From an uncultured Alphaproteobacteria bacterium (GTDB taxonomy: Bacteria > Pseudomonadota > Alphaproteobacteria > Rhizobiales > Aestuariivirgaceae), in NCBI GenBank assembly GCA_963747005.1, contig CAVVDT010000003.1, forward strand, positions 336,901-368,900: a DNA stretch of 32,000 nucleotides, written 5' to 3'. This document shows positions 1-8,382 of this stretch, piece by piece; within the stretch, counting starts at the first letter, position 1; each line of letters begins with the position of its first letter. The notes below the pieces were generated by a model that saw only the letters and a list, made by a program, of their open reading frames with translations, ran no database searches and had not been told where the DNA came from. Position numbers and translations under genes: made by a program.

Positions 1-2118
1 CATGCCGCAATCGCGGCATCGGAGCCGGGGGCGCCCGATCTGCCTTCTCCGGCGGATTTGCCTGCCCCGGCCTTTACCGATGAGATCGGCGAAGTCCAGC
101 CGGTCGATGCCAGCGGCCTGAGCCGGGAAGCGGAGCCGATTGCACCGGACAGCCCATCGGCCGGCGTCCGGGAGGACGACCGCTTCATTGAACTGCTGCG
201 AGGCGTGCCCGATGAAGCCGAGAGCGAAACCGGTGATGAAGATCACTCTGTCAGCGCAGCGGAAGAACCGAAGGTACCGGGCCTCGCCGATGAATCAGAC
301 AATGTGTCATCCGAAGTTGCGGATGATGGTTTGCACGATGTCGATCCCGCAGCATCGGATCGTACCGGGGACGGCGACACGGCTGTCGCGCAATTGCCCG
401 AAACCGCCGGCAACGATGAAGTCGCAGTGTCGGTTGCGGCACCCGATGAGCTGCCGGCGGTCGCCGGGGTACCACCGGCGGCTGGCTCGTCCGACGACGA
501 TGAAGAAGCAAGTGGCCAGGAAGGCCGATCCGACGCGGACGCGTTGGAGGCGATCCGGGCATCTGTCTTTGATTCATTGGCGAGCGAAGCAGGGAAGGGC
601 GAACCCGTTGCGCCGCTAACAGACGATGGCGCAGCGGCACCCCTGCAGAACATACTGCGCCAGCTTGAAGCGCACTTCGGCAGTTCTGCCAGCGCCGATC
701 GGGATGATCTCGATGCAGCTTCCGTCCCGACCGACAATGCCGATGTGTCGGCCGGCGACCAGTGCTTCCCCAATCTCGATGCCATCGACGACGGCGAAGG
801 GCACCCGGCGTCCGGAGACGCAGAACCGCCGCCGCTCACGGTTCAGACTGAGGAGCCGCATGCAGGCGAGAGTGCCGTGGATGAAGGCCCTGCGCATGTC
901 GAGGCTTCCGCGCTACCGCGTGAAGATACGCCGGGCGATACAGATTTATCGGCAATGCCCGGCGATCCGGGCGATAGTCTGGCAACTGATGGTCAAGCCA
1001 TAGAGGCCGATGATATCCAGCTTCCTGGCAGTGCTGACGCCTTCGGGGGCATCGAGGCACTGGAAGCCTTCGATGCCGCGCTTCCGATTGATGAGGCCAG
1101 CGGCGAAACCGCCCGCATGTTGCTTGACATCATGTCGATGCCGGCGAGTGCCCTGCAGCCGCAGGAGCGCGGCCTGGCCGCCGACACATTGCTGCGCCTG
1201 ATCGCCCGCATGCCGGCCAAGGCGGTGATGGCGCTGGCAGAGCGGTTTTGTATGATGGATACGCCGCCGGGTCTTATCATCAAGGAACTCATCGGCCATC
1301 CCAACGAGGAGGTGGCTGCACTGGTCCTGGAGAAATGCGCCAATGTGACCGACCAGGATCTGCTTGATCTGATTGCCCATGCCAGCTTGAGCAAGTTGCG
1401 CATGGTGGCGCGGCGGCGAGAGGTGTCCAGTGCGCTGGTCGATGCGCTGATTTCCCGCGGCGATGCCTCGGTCTACCTGACAATCGTGCGCAATCCCGGT
1501 GCGGACATTTCTTACGATGCTTTCATCGAACTGTGCGAACTGGCGAAGAGCCAGCCCAATCTTCAGGCACCGCTCGCCACCCGTGCCAATACCCCGGCGC
1601 CTGTGGCGTTTGAGCTGTTCTGGTTCCTGCCCTCAGAACTTCGCCGCTATGTTCTTTCGCGTTTCCTCACCGATTCCGAAACCCTCACCAAGATATTGAA
1701 GATAACGCTGGCCGTGGACTCTGCCGCCGGCTGCGAAGTCACGGAAAGGCAGTTCCCTCCTCGCGCGCGCATCGAGGAACTTGTCGGTCTGATCGAGGAG
1801 GGGCTGACGCCCGAAGCTTCCCGCCTCATGGCCAGCCTGAGCGGCATATGCGAGGCTTGCGCCCGCCGTCTGATCGCCGACCCCGACGGGGAGCCGCTGA
1901 CCATCGTCATGAAGGCCATGGGAGCGACCCGAGCCTTGTTCGCGGCTGCAATGGAGCGCTGGCAGACCTCGACATCGGCCATGTTGCGGGCGGATCGAAA
2001 TCTCGATGAACTGCGCAATCTTTTCGATTCCTTGTCTTTCAACAAGGCGCGTGTACTTCTGACATATTGGGACTGGGCGGCCCGCAAGGCCGGCCCGTAC
2101 GCGCGCCGCGCCGCCTGA
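1..2118 (+). CDS. DUF2336 domain-containing protein with long acidic N-terminal extension; 5' end probably lies upstream of the window
   Basis: Frame 1 is open from base 1 to the TGA at 2116-2118. The track ORF starts at a TTG (58) and there is no in-frame ATG for about 300 codons. The C-terminal half (ARMLLDIMSMPASALQPQERGLAADTLLRLI ... FELFWFLPSELRRYVLSRFL ... LLTYWDW) fits my memory of the alphaproteobacterial DUF2336 family. The N-terminal half is D/E/A/P-rich low complexity. Confidence 0.7.
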   Translation, partial: HAAIAASEPGAPDLPSPADLPAPAFTDEIGEVQPVDASGLSREAEPIAPDSPSAGVREDDRFIELLRGVPDEAESETGDEDHSVSAAEEPKVPGLADESDNVSSEVADDGLHDVDPAASDRTGDGDTAVAQLPETAGNDEVAVSVAAPDELPAVAGVPPAAGSSDDDEEASGQEGRSDADALEAIRASVFDSLASEAGKGEPVAPLTDDGAAAPLQNILRQLEAHFGSSASADRDDLDAASVPTDNADVSAGDQCFPNLDAIDDGEGHPASGDAEPPPLTVQTEEPHAGESAVDEGPAHVEASALPREDTPGDTDLSAMPGDPGDSLATDGQAIEADDIQLPGSADAFGGIEALEAFDAALPIDEASGETARMLLDIMSMPASALQPQERGLAADTLLRLIARMPAKAVMALAERFCMMDTPPGLIIKELIGHPNEEVAALVLEKCANVTDQDLLDLIAHASLSKLRMVARRREVSSALVDALISRGDASVYLTIVRNPGADISYDAFIELCELAKSQPNLQAPLATRANTPAPVAFELFWFLPSELRRYVLSRFLTDSETLTKILKITLAVDSAAGCEVTERQFPPRARIEELVGLIEEGLTPEASRLMASLSGICEACARRLIADPDGEPLTIVMKAMGATRALFAAAMERWQTSTSAMLRADRNLDELRNLFDSLSFNKARVLLTYWDWAARKAGPYARRAA

Positions 2119-2435
2119 GCTATAGATGCGGCGGCTCAAGTCCAGGCCTTATTGGATAAGTTTCTGAAAGTTAATGTTGCCAGTCTAGCGCGGCGCATAT
2201 ACACTTGAATGAGTCATAATAAAGCAATAAAAGCACCCTCACTTTCTGCCACTGCCGTTCGCGAATCGTGAAAAAATATCGGGAACGTGTTGCTTGACAG
2301 AAAAGTTGACCCGCCCACTTTCATCGGGCCCTTCTAAACAGGGCGGCGTGACTGCCGCGGGTTATATACCATGTGCGACCGGCGGGGGGTGTGTGCTGCC
2401 GTCGCCAGTGCAAAATCAGCTTGGAAGGCAGAATA

Positions 2436-2840
2436 ATGGAAAACAAAACGGAAATCGTGGAATTGACGGCGGACATCGTAGCGGCCTACGTGGCCAACAA
2501 CGCTGTTCCTTCGGCGGATCTGTCGAGCTTGATCAATGACGTCTACAAGGCGCTCGCGGGTGCAGTCGAAGGCAGGGAAGAAAAGCCGCAGCAGGAACTC
2601 AAGCCTGTGGTGCCCGTCCGCCGTTCGGTGACGCCGGACTACATCATTTGTCTGGAAGACGGCAAGAAGTTCAAGTCACTCAAGCGTCATCTGCGGACCC
2701 ACTATGATCTCACGCCTGAGCAGTATCGGGAAAAGTGGGGTTTGGCGCCCGACTATCCGATGGTGGCGCCGCATTATGCCGAGGCACGCTCCAAGCTTGC
2801 CAAGCAAATGGGTCTGGGCCAGAAGCGCGGCCGCAAGTAA
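2436..2840 (+). CDS. mucR: MucR/Ros family zinc-finger transcriptional regulator
   Basis: ATG at 2436 ([10 protein letters not shown]...) lies 8 nt after GGAAGG. The sequence contains [12 protein letters not shown] and [67 protein letters not shown], which is diagnostic of the Ros/MucR family. The upstream extension of the track ORF to 2373 has no homology support. Confidence 0.93.
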   Translation: MENKTEIVELTADIVAAYVANNAVPSADLSSLINDVYKALAGAVEGREEKPQQELKPVVPVRRSVTPDYIICLEDGKKFKSLKRHLRTHYDLTPEQYREKWGLAPDYPMVAPHYAEARSKLAKQMGLGQKRGRK

Positions 2841-2862
2841 CGCGCCTAAGACGACCTGTTCG

Positions 2863-2900
2863 ATGCCCCGGGGCCCGTATTGGGGCAACGGGGCATTTTT
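2863..2900 (+). terminator. Rho-independent terminator candidate downstream of mucR
   Basis: ATGCCCCG (2863-2870) pairs perfectly with CGGGGCAT (2889-2896). Inner GCCC/GGGC pairing is also possible. A T-run (TTTTGTTG, 2897-2904) follows immediately. Confidence 0.6.
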
Positions 2901-3068
2901 GTTGTGCGAGGCAGTCAGGGCAAGTTTTCCGGCGCGGTGCCGGGCATCACAACCGCGAAACGCATCGGATCGCGGGGAGATATATGCCCGCGACTCTTGC
3001 GCCGGTGATGGTGGCGATTCATAACGACAGCAGGTCGACAGGAGCCGATTCGCAAGCGGGGCAACGCT

Positions 3069-3596
3069 ATGGGACGTGAACCAGGATTTATCGCGTTCAG
3101 GGCTCAATTGGTGATACCCGAGCAACGCCAGTTGTTCGATTACTGGCTGGCGAGGAGCGGTCCGAACGGTCTCCCCGGTCGCCAGGACATATCGCCTGCC
3201 GACATTCCCCGACTGCTGCCGCATATCTCCCTGCTCGATGTGCTGCCGGACGTCAGCGGCTTTCGCTACCGTCTGGCGGGTTCCCGCCTCAGAGATGTCT
3301 TCGACCGCGAAGTAACGGGCATGTGCATCCGTGCCGCAGACGAGACCGGCAAGCCCGACCATTGGTTCAAGGCCCACGAACGGGTGGTGACATCGGCTCG
3401 CCCCGTGAATGGTGCCATGCGCGGCGCCAGGCAGTCCAGAGAGCATCTCGTTCAGTTCTGGCTGCGCTTGCCGCTATCCTGCCACGGCAATGGTGTGGAC
3501 ATGATCCTTGGACACGATGTCTGCGTTCCCGTTGGAGCCGTCGATATGGCCGGCGGGCTGACGGGCGCCGGCATCTCGACTGCCGCCGTTGGTTAA
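3069..3596 (+). CDS. PAS domain-containing protein (PAS_5 / PF07310-like)
   Basis: QRQLFDYWLARSGPNGLPGRQDISPADIPRLLPHISLLDV...FRYRLAGSRLRDVFDREVTG resembles the small stand-alone PAS_5 proteins common in Rhizobiales. Confidence 0.7.
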   Translation: MGREPGFIAFRAQLVIPEQRQLFDYWLARSGPNGLPGRQDISPADIPRLLPHISLLDVLPDVSGFRYRLAGSRLRDVFDREVTGMCIRAADETGKPDHWFKAHERVVTSARPVNGAMRGARQSREHLVQFWLRLPLSCHGNGVDMILGHDVCVPVGAVDMAGGLTGAGISTAAVG

Positions 3597-3673
3597 TCAA
3601 AATTTGAGCCAGCTGTTCCCTCTTGAATCTTTTTTTGATAAGAACAAATAGAGAACAATCAGGGAGGAACGTC

Positions 3674-4618
3674 ATGTCCGAACAACCATATTCGCCTGCA
3701 CATCCGTGGGCCCTGGGCGCATCGCAAGCATCTCCGACAACCCCTGGCCGGAAATCCGGGCGCGCCGCCAAGCGCTTGTTGCAGCATCTGGCGGCTTCGT
3801 CCGGTTGGCTGGAACCTGTGGAGGGATCCGGCGCGGAGCCGGTCTGCTTTCGCTTCGTCGCCCTGGAGGGAGATCGGGACAAGAGCCACCCCAGTCTCGA
3901 CCGACGAACGGTGGAAGCCTGGCGGTCGCGAGGTTGGGTTGCCGCCACATCTTCAGGGATGTTCAAGCTGACGGCGTCCGGCTATGCAGCCGCCGCATCC
4001 GCACAGATCGCCGCTGTCGAGGATCCCGTCTCGCCTTTTCGGCGCCAGCACGGCTCGATCGGTCCCGAAATGCGCATCGTTGACGGCACAAGCCGACAGG
4101 TGACGGCGGATGCAGCGGAATCGCCCCTTGGGTGGCTGGCGCGCCGTCGCGACCGGCAAGGGCGTCCACTCATCGAGGAAAGTGAATTTGCCGCCGGCGA
4201 ACGGCTGCGTGCCGATTTCACCATCGCGGGCCTGTCGCAGCGCGTAACAGCCAGTTGGGAACAGTCGATTGCGTCAGGTTCGAGCGGTCGGAGCGGCGGG
4301 CCCGGCGACAACCTGGTGATGGGTGAGCGCGCCATGGATGCCCGTCGGCGGGTCAACCGGGCATTGGCCGCGGTTGGACCCGGCCTCGCCGGCATCCTGC
4401 TTGAGGTCTGCTGCCTGACCAGCGGTCTGGAGGCCGCCGAACGCCGCTTGGGGCTGCCGCAGCGGGCCGGCAAGGTGGTGTTGCAGATCGCTCTTTCGCG
4501 CCTGGCCGAGCATTATGGTCTCGCTCGCCAGGCGCCGGGCGAAACGGGGCCGGTCCGCATACGCAGTTGGGGGTCGCAGTCCTACAGGCCAACCCTCTTC
4601 GGCTCGGACCGGGAATAG
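3674..4618 (+). CDS. DUF6456-like domain protein (hypothetical)
   Basis: ATG at 3674 is preceded by GGGAGG. The segment ESPLGWLARRRDRQGRPLIEESEFAAGERLRADF ... MDARRRVNRALAAVGPGLAGILLEVCC fits my memory of DUF6456-containing proteins. The assignment is from recall only. Confidence 0.55.
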   Translation: MSEQPYSPAHPWALGASQASPTTPGRKSGRAAKRLLQHLAASSGWLEPVEGSGAEPVCFRFVALEGDRDKSHPSLDRRTVEAWRSRGWVAATSSGMFKLTASGYAAAASAQIAAVEDPVSPFRRQHGSIGPEMRIVDGTSRQVTADAAESPLGWLARRRDRQGRPLIEESEFAAGERLRADFTIAGLSQRVTASWEQSIASGSSGRSGGPGDNLVMGERAMDARRRVNRALAAVGPGLAGILLEVCCLTSGLEAAERRLGLPQRAGKVVLQIALSRLAEHYGLARQAPGETGPVRIRSWGSQSYRPTLFGSDRE

Positions 4619-4621
4619 ATT

Positions 4622-5050
4622 TCAGGCCGCCAGCGCCGCCGTGGCATCGGCCCTGATCCGCCGCACCATGGCGGCCAGTCCGTTCGAGCGTTGCGGTGTC
4701 AGGTGTTCGTCAAGGCCCAGCCTGGCGAGTTTGGCGGCTGCATCGATTTGAAGGACTTCGCCGACTTCCCTGCCATTGAGGAGGATGCGCAGGATGGCGA
4801 TCAGGCCGCGAACGATGAGCGCATCGCTGTCGCCGACGAAATGCAGGATCGCCTTGCCGTCGGTGTGGTCGAGACGAGAGGTGATCCACACCTGGCTGAC
4901 GCAGCCCTGCACCTTGGTCTTGTCACTGCGGTCACGATCGGCGAACGGCGGCAGGGTCCGCCCCAGTTCGATGACGTAGCGGTAGCGATCCTCCCAATCG
5001 TCGAGAAGGTTGAAGTCGGCTTCGAGTTCGTTGAATGTGTGGGCGCTCAC
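4622..5050 (-). CDS. sufE: SufE family cysteine desulfuration (sulfur acceptor) protein
   Basis: GTG start. The sequence FNLLDDWEDRYRYVIELGRTLP...KVQGCVSQVWI...FVGDSDALIVRGLIAIL...LTPQRSNGLAAMVRRI is classic SufE, including the conserved Cys in QGCVSQVW. Confidence 0.9.
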   Translation of the reverse strand: MSAHTFNELEADFNLLDDWEDRYRYVIELGRTLPPFADRDRSDKTKVQGCVSQVWITSRLDHTDGKAILHFVGDSDALIVRGLIAILRILLNGREVGEVLQIDAAAKLARLGLDEHLTPQRSNGLAAMVRRIRADATAALAA

Positions 5051-5218
5051 GCTTCTGCCTCTATGGTGTCTGAATCAGACATAGGCGCGCTGCCGGGCGA
5101 ACTCAAGGCGCGAGGCGGACACCGGGCCTGTCGGCTGGCGGTGTTGAAAGGTGCCGCGGGACATCGAAAGGGCAGGGATGCCCCGCGGCAAGTGACCCGG
5201 TGAGTGCCGGGGGGGAAG

Positions 5219-5671
5219 TCAGGAAGCCTGCTTGGTGCGCGGGCCGTGCCAGGCGGGTATCAGATCCTGGAGCTTCAGGGTGTTTTGCGATGGTGCCTTC
5301 ACATCATTGCTGGCGAACATGCGCGTGCTGCCGGTGGTCAGGGGGTCGACGACGACGGCCTGATTGGCATAGCCGGGCGGCAGGTCGCTGGCGACCGGGC
5401 TCTGGTTGGCCCATTCATAGATGAGCTTGACACCGTATTTGGCCTTGGCCTCGAATTTCCACATGAGATAGCTGGCGGTCTGGCAAACGCCCGGTTGGCG
5501 CTGGCAGAACGCATGCATGTCGGCCACCGTGTCACCGGCAGCAGAAACCAGGTTCACCTGCGGCGGCGCATCCTGTTGCCCCTGCATACCCGGTAGTTGC
5601 CCCTTGTCCGGTGGGCTCGGCATCAGAAATACAACGAGCGCCATCACGAAGCTGGTTTTGATGATTGACAT
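5219..5671 (-). CDS. Secreted/membrane protein, DUF5330-like
   Basis: N-terminal hydrophobic signal (MSIIKTSFVMALVVFLMPSPP). The motif ADMHAFCQRQPGVCQTASYLMWKFEAKAKYGVKLIYEW resembles DUF5330 proteins that sit next to sufE in Rhizobiales. Confidence 0.55.
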   Translation of the reverse strand: MSIIKTSFVMALVVFLMPSPPDKGQLPGMQGQQDAPPQVNLVSAAGDTVADMHAFCQRQPGVCQTASYLMWKFEAKAKYGVKLIYEWANQSPVASDLPPGYANQAVVVDPLTTGSTRMFASNDVKAPSQNTLKLQDLIPAWHGPRTKQAS

Positions 5672-5689
5672 ATGCTTGCCCTTTCAGTT

Positions 5690-5815
5690 CAAGGGCAAGC
5701 TAGCAGGCGGCGATTGATTTCAGTATAAGTTCAATTTGCAGATATTATACTTATTTTATTATAAGTTGAATTGAATTGTACCTAATCTTGATTCAAATTT
5801 TAATGATGCCGTTGC
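5690..5815. promoter_or_regulatory. Strongly AT-rich divergent intergenic region with a 13-bp direct repeat
   Basis: TATAAGTTCAATT (5724-5736) and TATAAGTTGAATT (5760-5772) differ at one position. They are embedded in a run of A/T unlike the GC-rich flanks and lie between divergently transcribed genes (5671 minus, 5928 plus). Confidence 0.5.
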
Positions 5816-5927
5816 CGCTGCCGGCAGGAAACGGGCTGTTAAGCCTCTTGCGGCACGATGGCTGCGTCCCGGGATCCCGTGCCGGGGATGGTGAGTAGCG
5901 TTTCGTTGAGTCCAAGAACAAGGCGTC

Positions 5928-6605
5928 ATGAGCACAATCAACGGTCGCCGGATGACCGCATCTCGAATGGCCCGCTTCAGCGTGGGAATGCTGACGGTGG
6001 CATGCTGCATTGCGATTGTCTTCAACGCATTGTACCGGCAGCCGTCGACCTCCCGGCAGGCCGCAAACGACCGCGGCAGACTGGTCAGCGATGTTGCCAG
6101 CCGACACAGCAGCGTTAATCTGGTGAGCGAGATCAGGGTTTCCCCCGAAGATCCGATCGCCCGTCTGGTCGCCCAGGGCGACCCGATGGTGAATCAGATC
6201 CAGACCGAGTTGATCCGCCTGGGCTATTATTCCGGCACTGCCAACGGTGTGGCCGACGCCCTGACCAAGGCCGCGATCATCGCCTACGAACAGGCCAGCG
6301 GACTGCCCCCAACCGGCGATGCCTCGCGCCAGTTGCTCGATCATATACTCTATGCCAGGCAACTCGCCGCCGCGGCCAGCTATACTGCCAGTTTGAAGCC
6401 GTCGGCTCCCAGCGAGGACGTGCGCAAGGTGCAGGCAGCTCTGGCAGCCTTGGGTTTCGATGCAGGGGTGGCCGATGGCGTGCTGGGCGACAAGACCCGC
6501 AAGGCCATTCGCGCCTTCCAGACCTACCGGGGCTTGCCGGCGACGGGACAAATCGACGCCAACCTGGCGCGCGAGCTTGGAATTGTGCTTGCCGCCGAAG
6601 GTTGA
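5928..6605 (+). CDS. Peptidoglycan-binding domain protein (two PG_binding_1 repeats, N-terminal membrane anchor)
   Basis: N-terminal TM segment (FSVGMLTVACCIAIVFNALY). Two PG_binding_1-like repeats are present: IQTELIRLGYYSGTANGVADALTKAAIIAYEQASGLPPTG and VRKVQAALAALGFDAGVADGVLGDKTRKAIRAFQTYRGLPATG. Confidence 0.8.
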   Translation: MSTINGRRMTASRMARFSVGMLTVACCIAIVFNALYRQPSTSRQAANDRGRLVSDVASRHSSVNLVSEIRVSPEDPIARLVAQGDPMVNQIQTELIRLGYYSGTANGVADALTKAAIIAYEQASGLPPTGDASRQLLDHILYARQLAAAASYTASLKPSAPSEDVRKVQAALAALGFDAGVADGVLGDKTRKAIRAFQTYRGLPATGQIDANLARELGIVLAAEG

Positions 6606-6622
6606 CGGGACCGGGCTTTTGA

Positions 6623-6949
6623 ATGTCGGTCAAGAGCGAAATCTGGGTCAAGGGACATCTGCGCGCCTGCTTCGCGGCGGGCCTGACCGGTGTGGTGGCC
6701 AGACGCGGCGCCGCCGAGGCCGGCGCCGTCTATGTCCAGGTCTTCAAGCACCATGATCAGGTCATTCTGCATGCCCCGGCCCCCGGCACCGCCTATGATG
6801 ACGCCGGGCGGCGGCAATGGTCCTATCCCCTCGGCGAAGCTCCCGTTTCGCGGCAACAGGCACAGAACTACCTTGATCGCCAGATCACCTTCGATCCCGA
6901 TATCTGGATCCTCGACATTGAAGATCCCGTCGGGAACGGCCTGCTATAG
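6623..6949 (+). CDS. DUF1491 family protein
   Basis: MSVKSEIWVKGHLRACFAAGLTGVVARRGAAEAGAVYVQV resembles the conserved N-terminus of DUF1491 proteins, and the size is about 108 aa. Confidence 0.7.
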   Translation: MSVKSEIWVKGHLRACFAAGLTGVVARRGAAEAGAVYVQVFKHHDQVILHAPAPGTAYDDAGRRQWSYPLGEAPVSRQQAQNYLDRQITFDPDIWILDIEDPVGNGLL

Positions 6950-7022
6950 GGAAACATTAACCAATTGCGCAATTTAATGGTCCCTGCACAGCGACATCGT
7001 TCGCAAAGTCGGGGCTGAGGTA

Positions 7023-7214
7023 ATGGCCGATATCTATCAATTTACACCGCACCACGCGCAACAGAGCACCACACAGGTGCAGGGATCAGCAGAGGTCGTT
7101 ATCTTCCCTGGCGTGCGCATCGAACGAGGCAGCTGTCCAGATGGGAATCGGATGGCGACGAACGGCGATGTATTCCAGCGCATCGCCAATAGGGCAATCT
7201 GGACCGACGACTGA
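7023..7214 (+). CDS. Small hypothetical protein (63 aa)
   Basis: ATG lies 4 nt after GAGGT. The ORF fills an otherwise empty gap. The AEVVIFPGVRIER motif resembles small conserved alphaproteobacterial hypothetical proteins. No function is assignable. Confidence 0.45.
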   Translation: MADIYQFTPHHAQQSTTQVQGSAEVVIFPGVRIERGSCPDGNRMATNGDVFQRIANRAIWTDD

Positions 7215-7244
7215 GCGCGCAGCCAGCGGGGACCGTTCCGGCGA

Positions 7245-7793
7245 TCAGGTCGCGGGCACGCACTGCGATGCCGCCAGATCGGCCCGGACCCTGGCAAGCA
7301 TGGCGGGAGTGGCGATCCGCGCACGCAACACAACCAGCCCCTTCAGGGACGGCGATCTCACGGTGATCTGATTGTCGGCGCCGGCTTGCGCTTCGGCAGC
7401 CGTATCGCTGCTGCTTGCGTCAGATTTGCGGATGACCACCAGGTCGAGGTTGCGGACGTCGGCCTGCCGGTTGTTGAGCGAATAAAAGCCGTCGCCATTG
7501 GGGGCATAGAAGCTGATGAGCCAGTAACCGATCGGAACCTTGGCCTTCACCACGATCGGGCCGGCCGACAGGTCGAACACGCACACGGCGTGAACCAGCG
7601 AGGGGTCGGCCTCGGGCAGGACGGACTCCAGTGCGTCCTGCTGCACCACCACCAGATGATTGGTCCCCGCAAGCCTGGTGAACTCGCTCATCTTGGCGTC
7701 CATCTGGACGCGCGGCACGAACAGGACATAGGAGATATGCACGGCGATGCCGAGCAGCGCTGCCACCGTGAGCCAGAACAACCGCCCGCTCAT
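7245..7793 (-). CDS. DUF1254-like membrane-anchored protein
   Basis: N-terminal TM segment (LFWLTVAALLGIAVHISYVLF). FDLSAGPIVVKAKVPIGYWLISFYAPNGDGF resembles the DUF1254 core. Its ATG overlaps the stop of the upstream gene (ATGA at 7790-7793). Confidence 0.6.
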   Translation of the reverse strand: MSGRLFWLTVAALLGIAVHISYVLFVPRVQMDAKMSEFTRLAGTNHLVVVQQDALESVLPEADPSLVHAVCVFDLSAGPIVVKAKVPIGYWLISFYAPNGDGFYSLNNRQADVRNLDLVVIRKSDASSSDTAAEAQAGADNQITVRSPSLKGLVVLRARIATPAMLARVRADLAASQCVPAT

Positions 7794-8365
7794 CGGCAGG
7801 TTTCCCTTGTGATCTGCGGTAATGTCATCGTGTTGGGACGGGCGCGCGATACCGGGGCGGGATCATAGAACCGCAGCACCAGGCCGACATTGCCGCTGGA
7901 GGGCATGGCGAGCCAATTCCCTGTATGCGGCTGCGATGACAGGTAGATGTCTGCGGTGCCATCAGCTTCATAGATCATCTCACCTGAATGCAGACTGGCA
8001 AACCTGGTCTTCGTGTTGGCCTCAACGACGCCTTTCTGACTGACACTGATGCTCCACCACCGCGCCCAGTCAAGCCGTCCGGCGATTGAATAGCTGCAAG
8101 CCGTATCGAGCGGGCTACCCGCGCTGTCGGCCCGGGCCTCGTATTCGACAATCTCGCGGCGATTGTCGGCAAGGCGTCCGGCGGCAAGGAAGTGTGCCTT
8201 GGTATAGGGATCCATGGTGATGAGACCGGCGCTTGTCCAGGTCCGCCACGGTCCTTGCGACAGGGTGACCAGATCAAACCCGCCATTGGCCACATAGCGC
8301 GCCGAAAACAGACCGACGGCAATGCCGATCAGGCAGGTGATGGCGAGCTTGATGCGGCCGAACAC
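7790..8365 (-). CDS. DUF1214-like membrane-anchored protein
   Basis: GTG start with an N-terminal TM segment. The C-terminal NWLAMPSSGNVGLVLRFYDP matches the DUF1214 signature (NWLP...lRlY.P). The gene starts 17 nt downstream of the PBP stop. Confidence 0.65.
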   Translation of the reverse strand: MFGRIKLAITCLIGIAVGLFSARYVANGGFDLVTLSQGPWRTWTSAGLITMDPYTKAHFLAAGRLADNRREIVEYEARADSAGSPLDTACSYSIAGRLDWARWWSISVSQKGVVEANTKTRFASLHSGEMIYEADGTADIYLSSQPHTGNWLAMPSSGNVGLVLRFYDPAPVSRARPNTMTLPQITRETCR

Positions 8366-8382
8366 GCCTTTTCAGCCTTCCC

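Noticed and set aside
140-1403. Multiple overlapping ORFs of 60-200 aa in both strands within the first 1.4 kb.
   Set aside because: All are nested in the long acidic reading frame of the DUF2336 gene and encode Arg/Pro/Ser-rich sequences. They are frame artefacts of GC-rich, repetitive codon usage.
2373-2435. Earlier start for mucR (track ORF begins at 2373).
   Set aside because: The extension ([21 protein letters not shown]) is not part of the conserved family N-terminus. ATG 2436 has a proper RBS.
5152-5190. Inverted repeat TGCCGCGGG ... CCCGCGGCA between the DUF5330-like gene and sufE, as a minus-strand terminator.
   Set aside because: The 9-bp stem has a 21-nt loop, and only a poor U-tract follows on the minus strand. 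It is plausible but not supportable.
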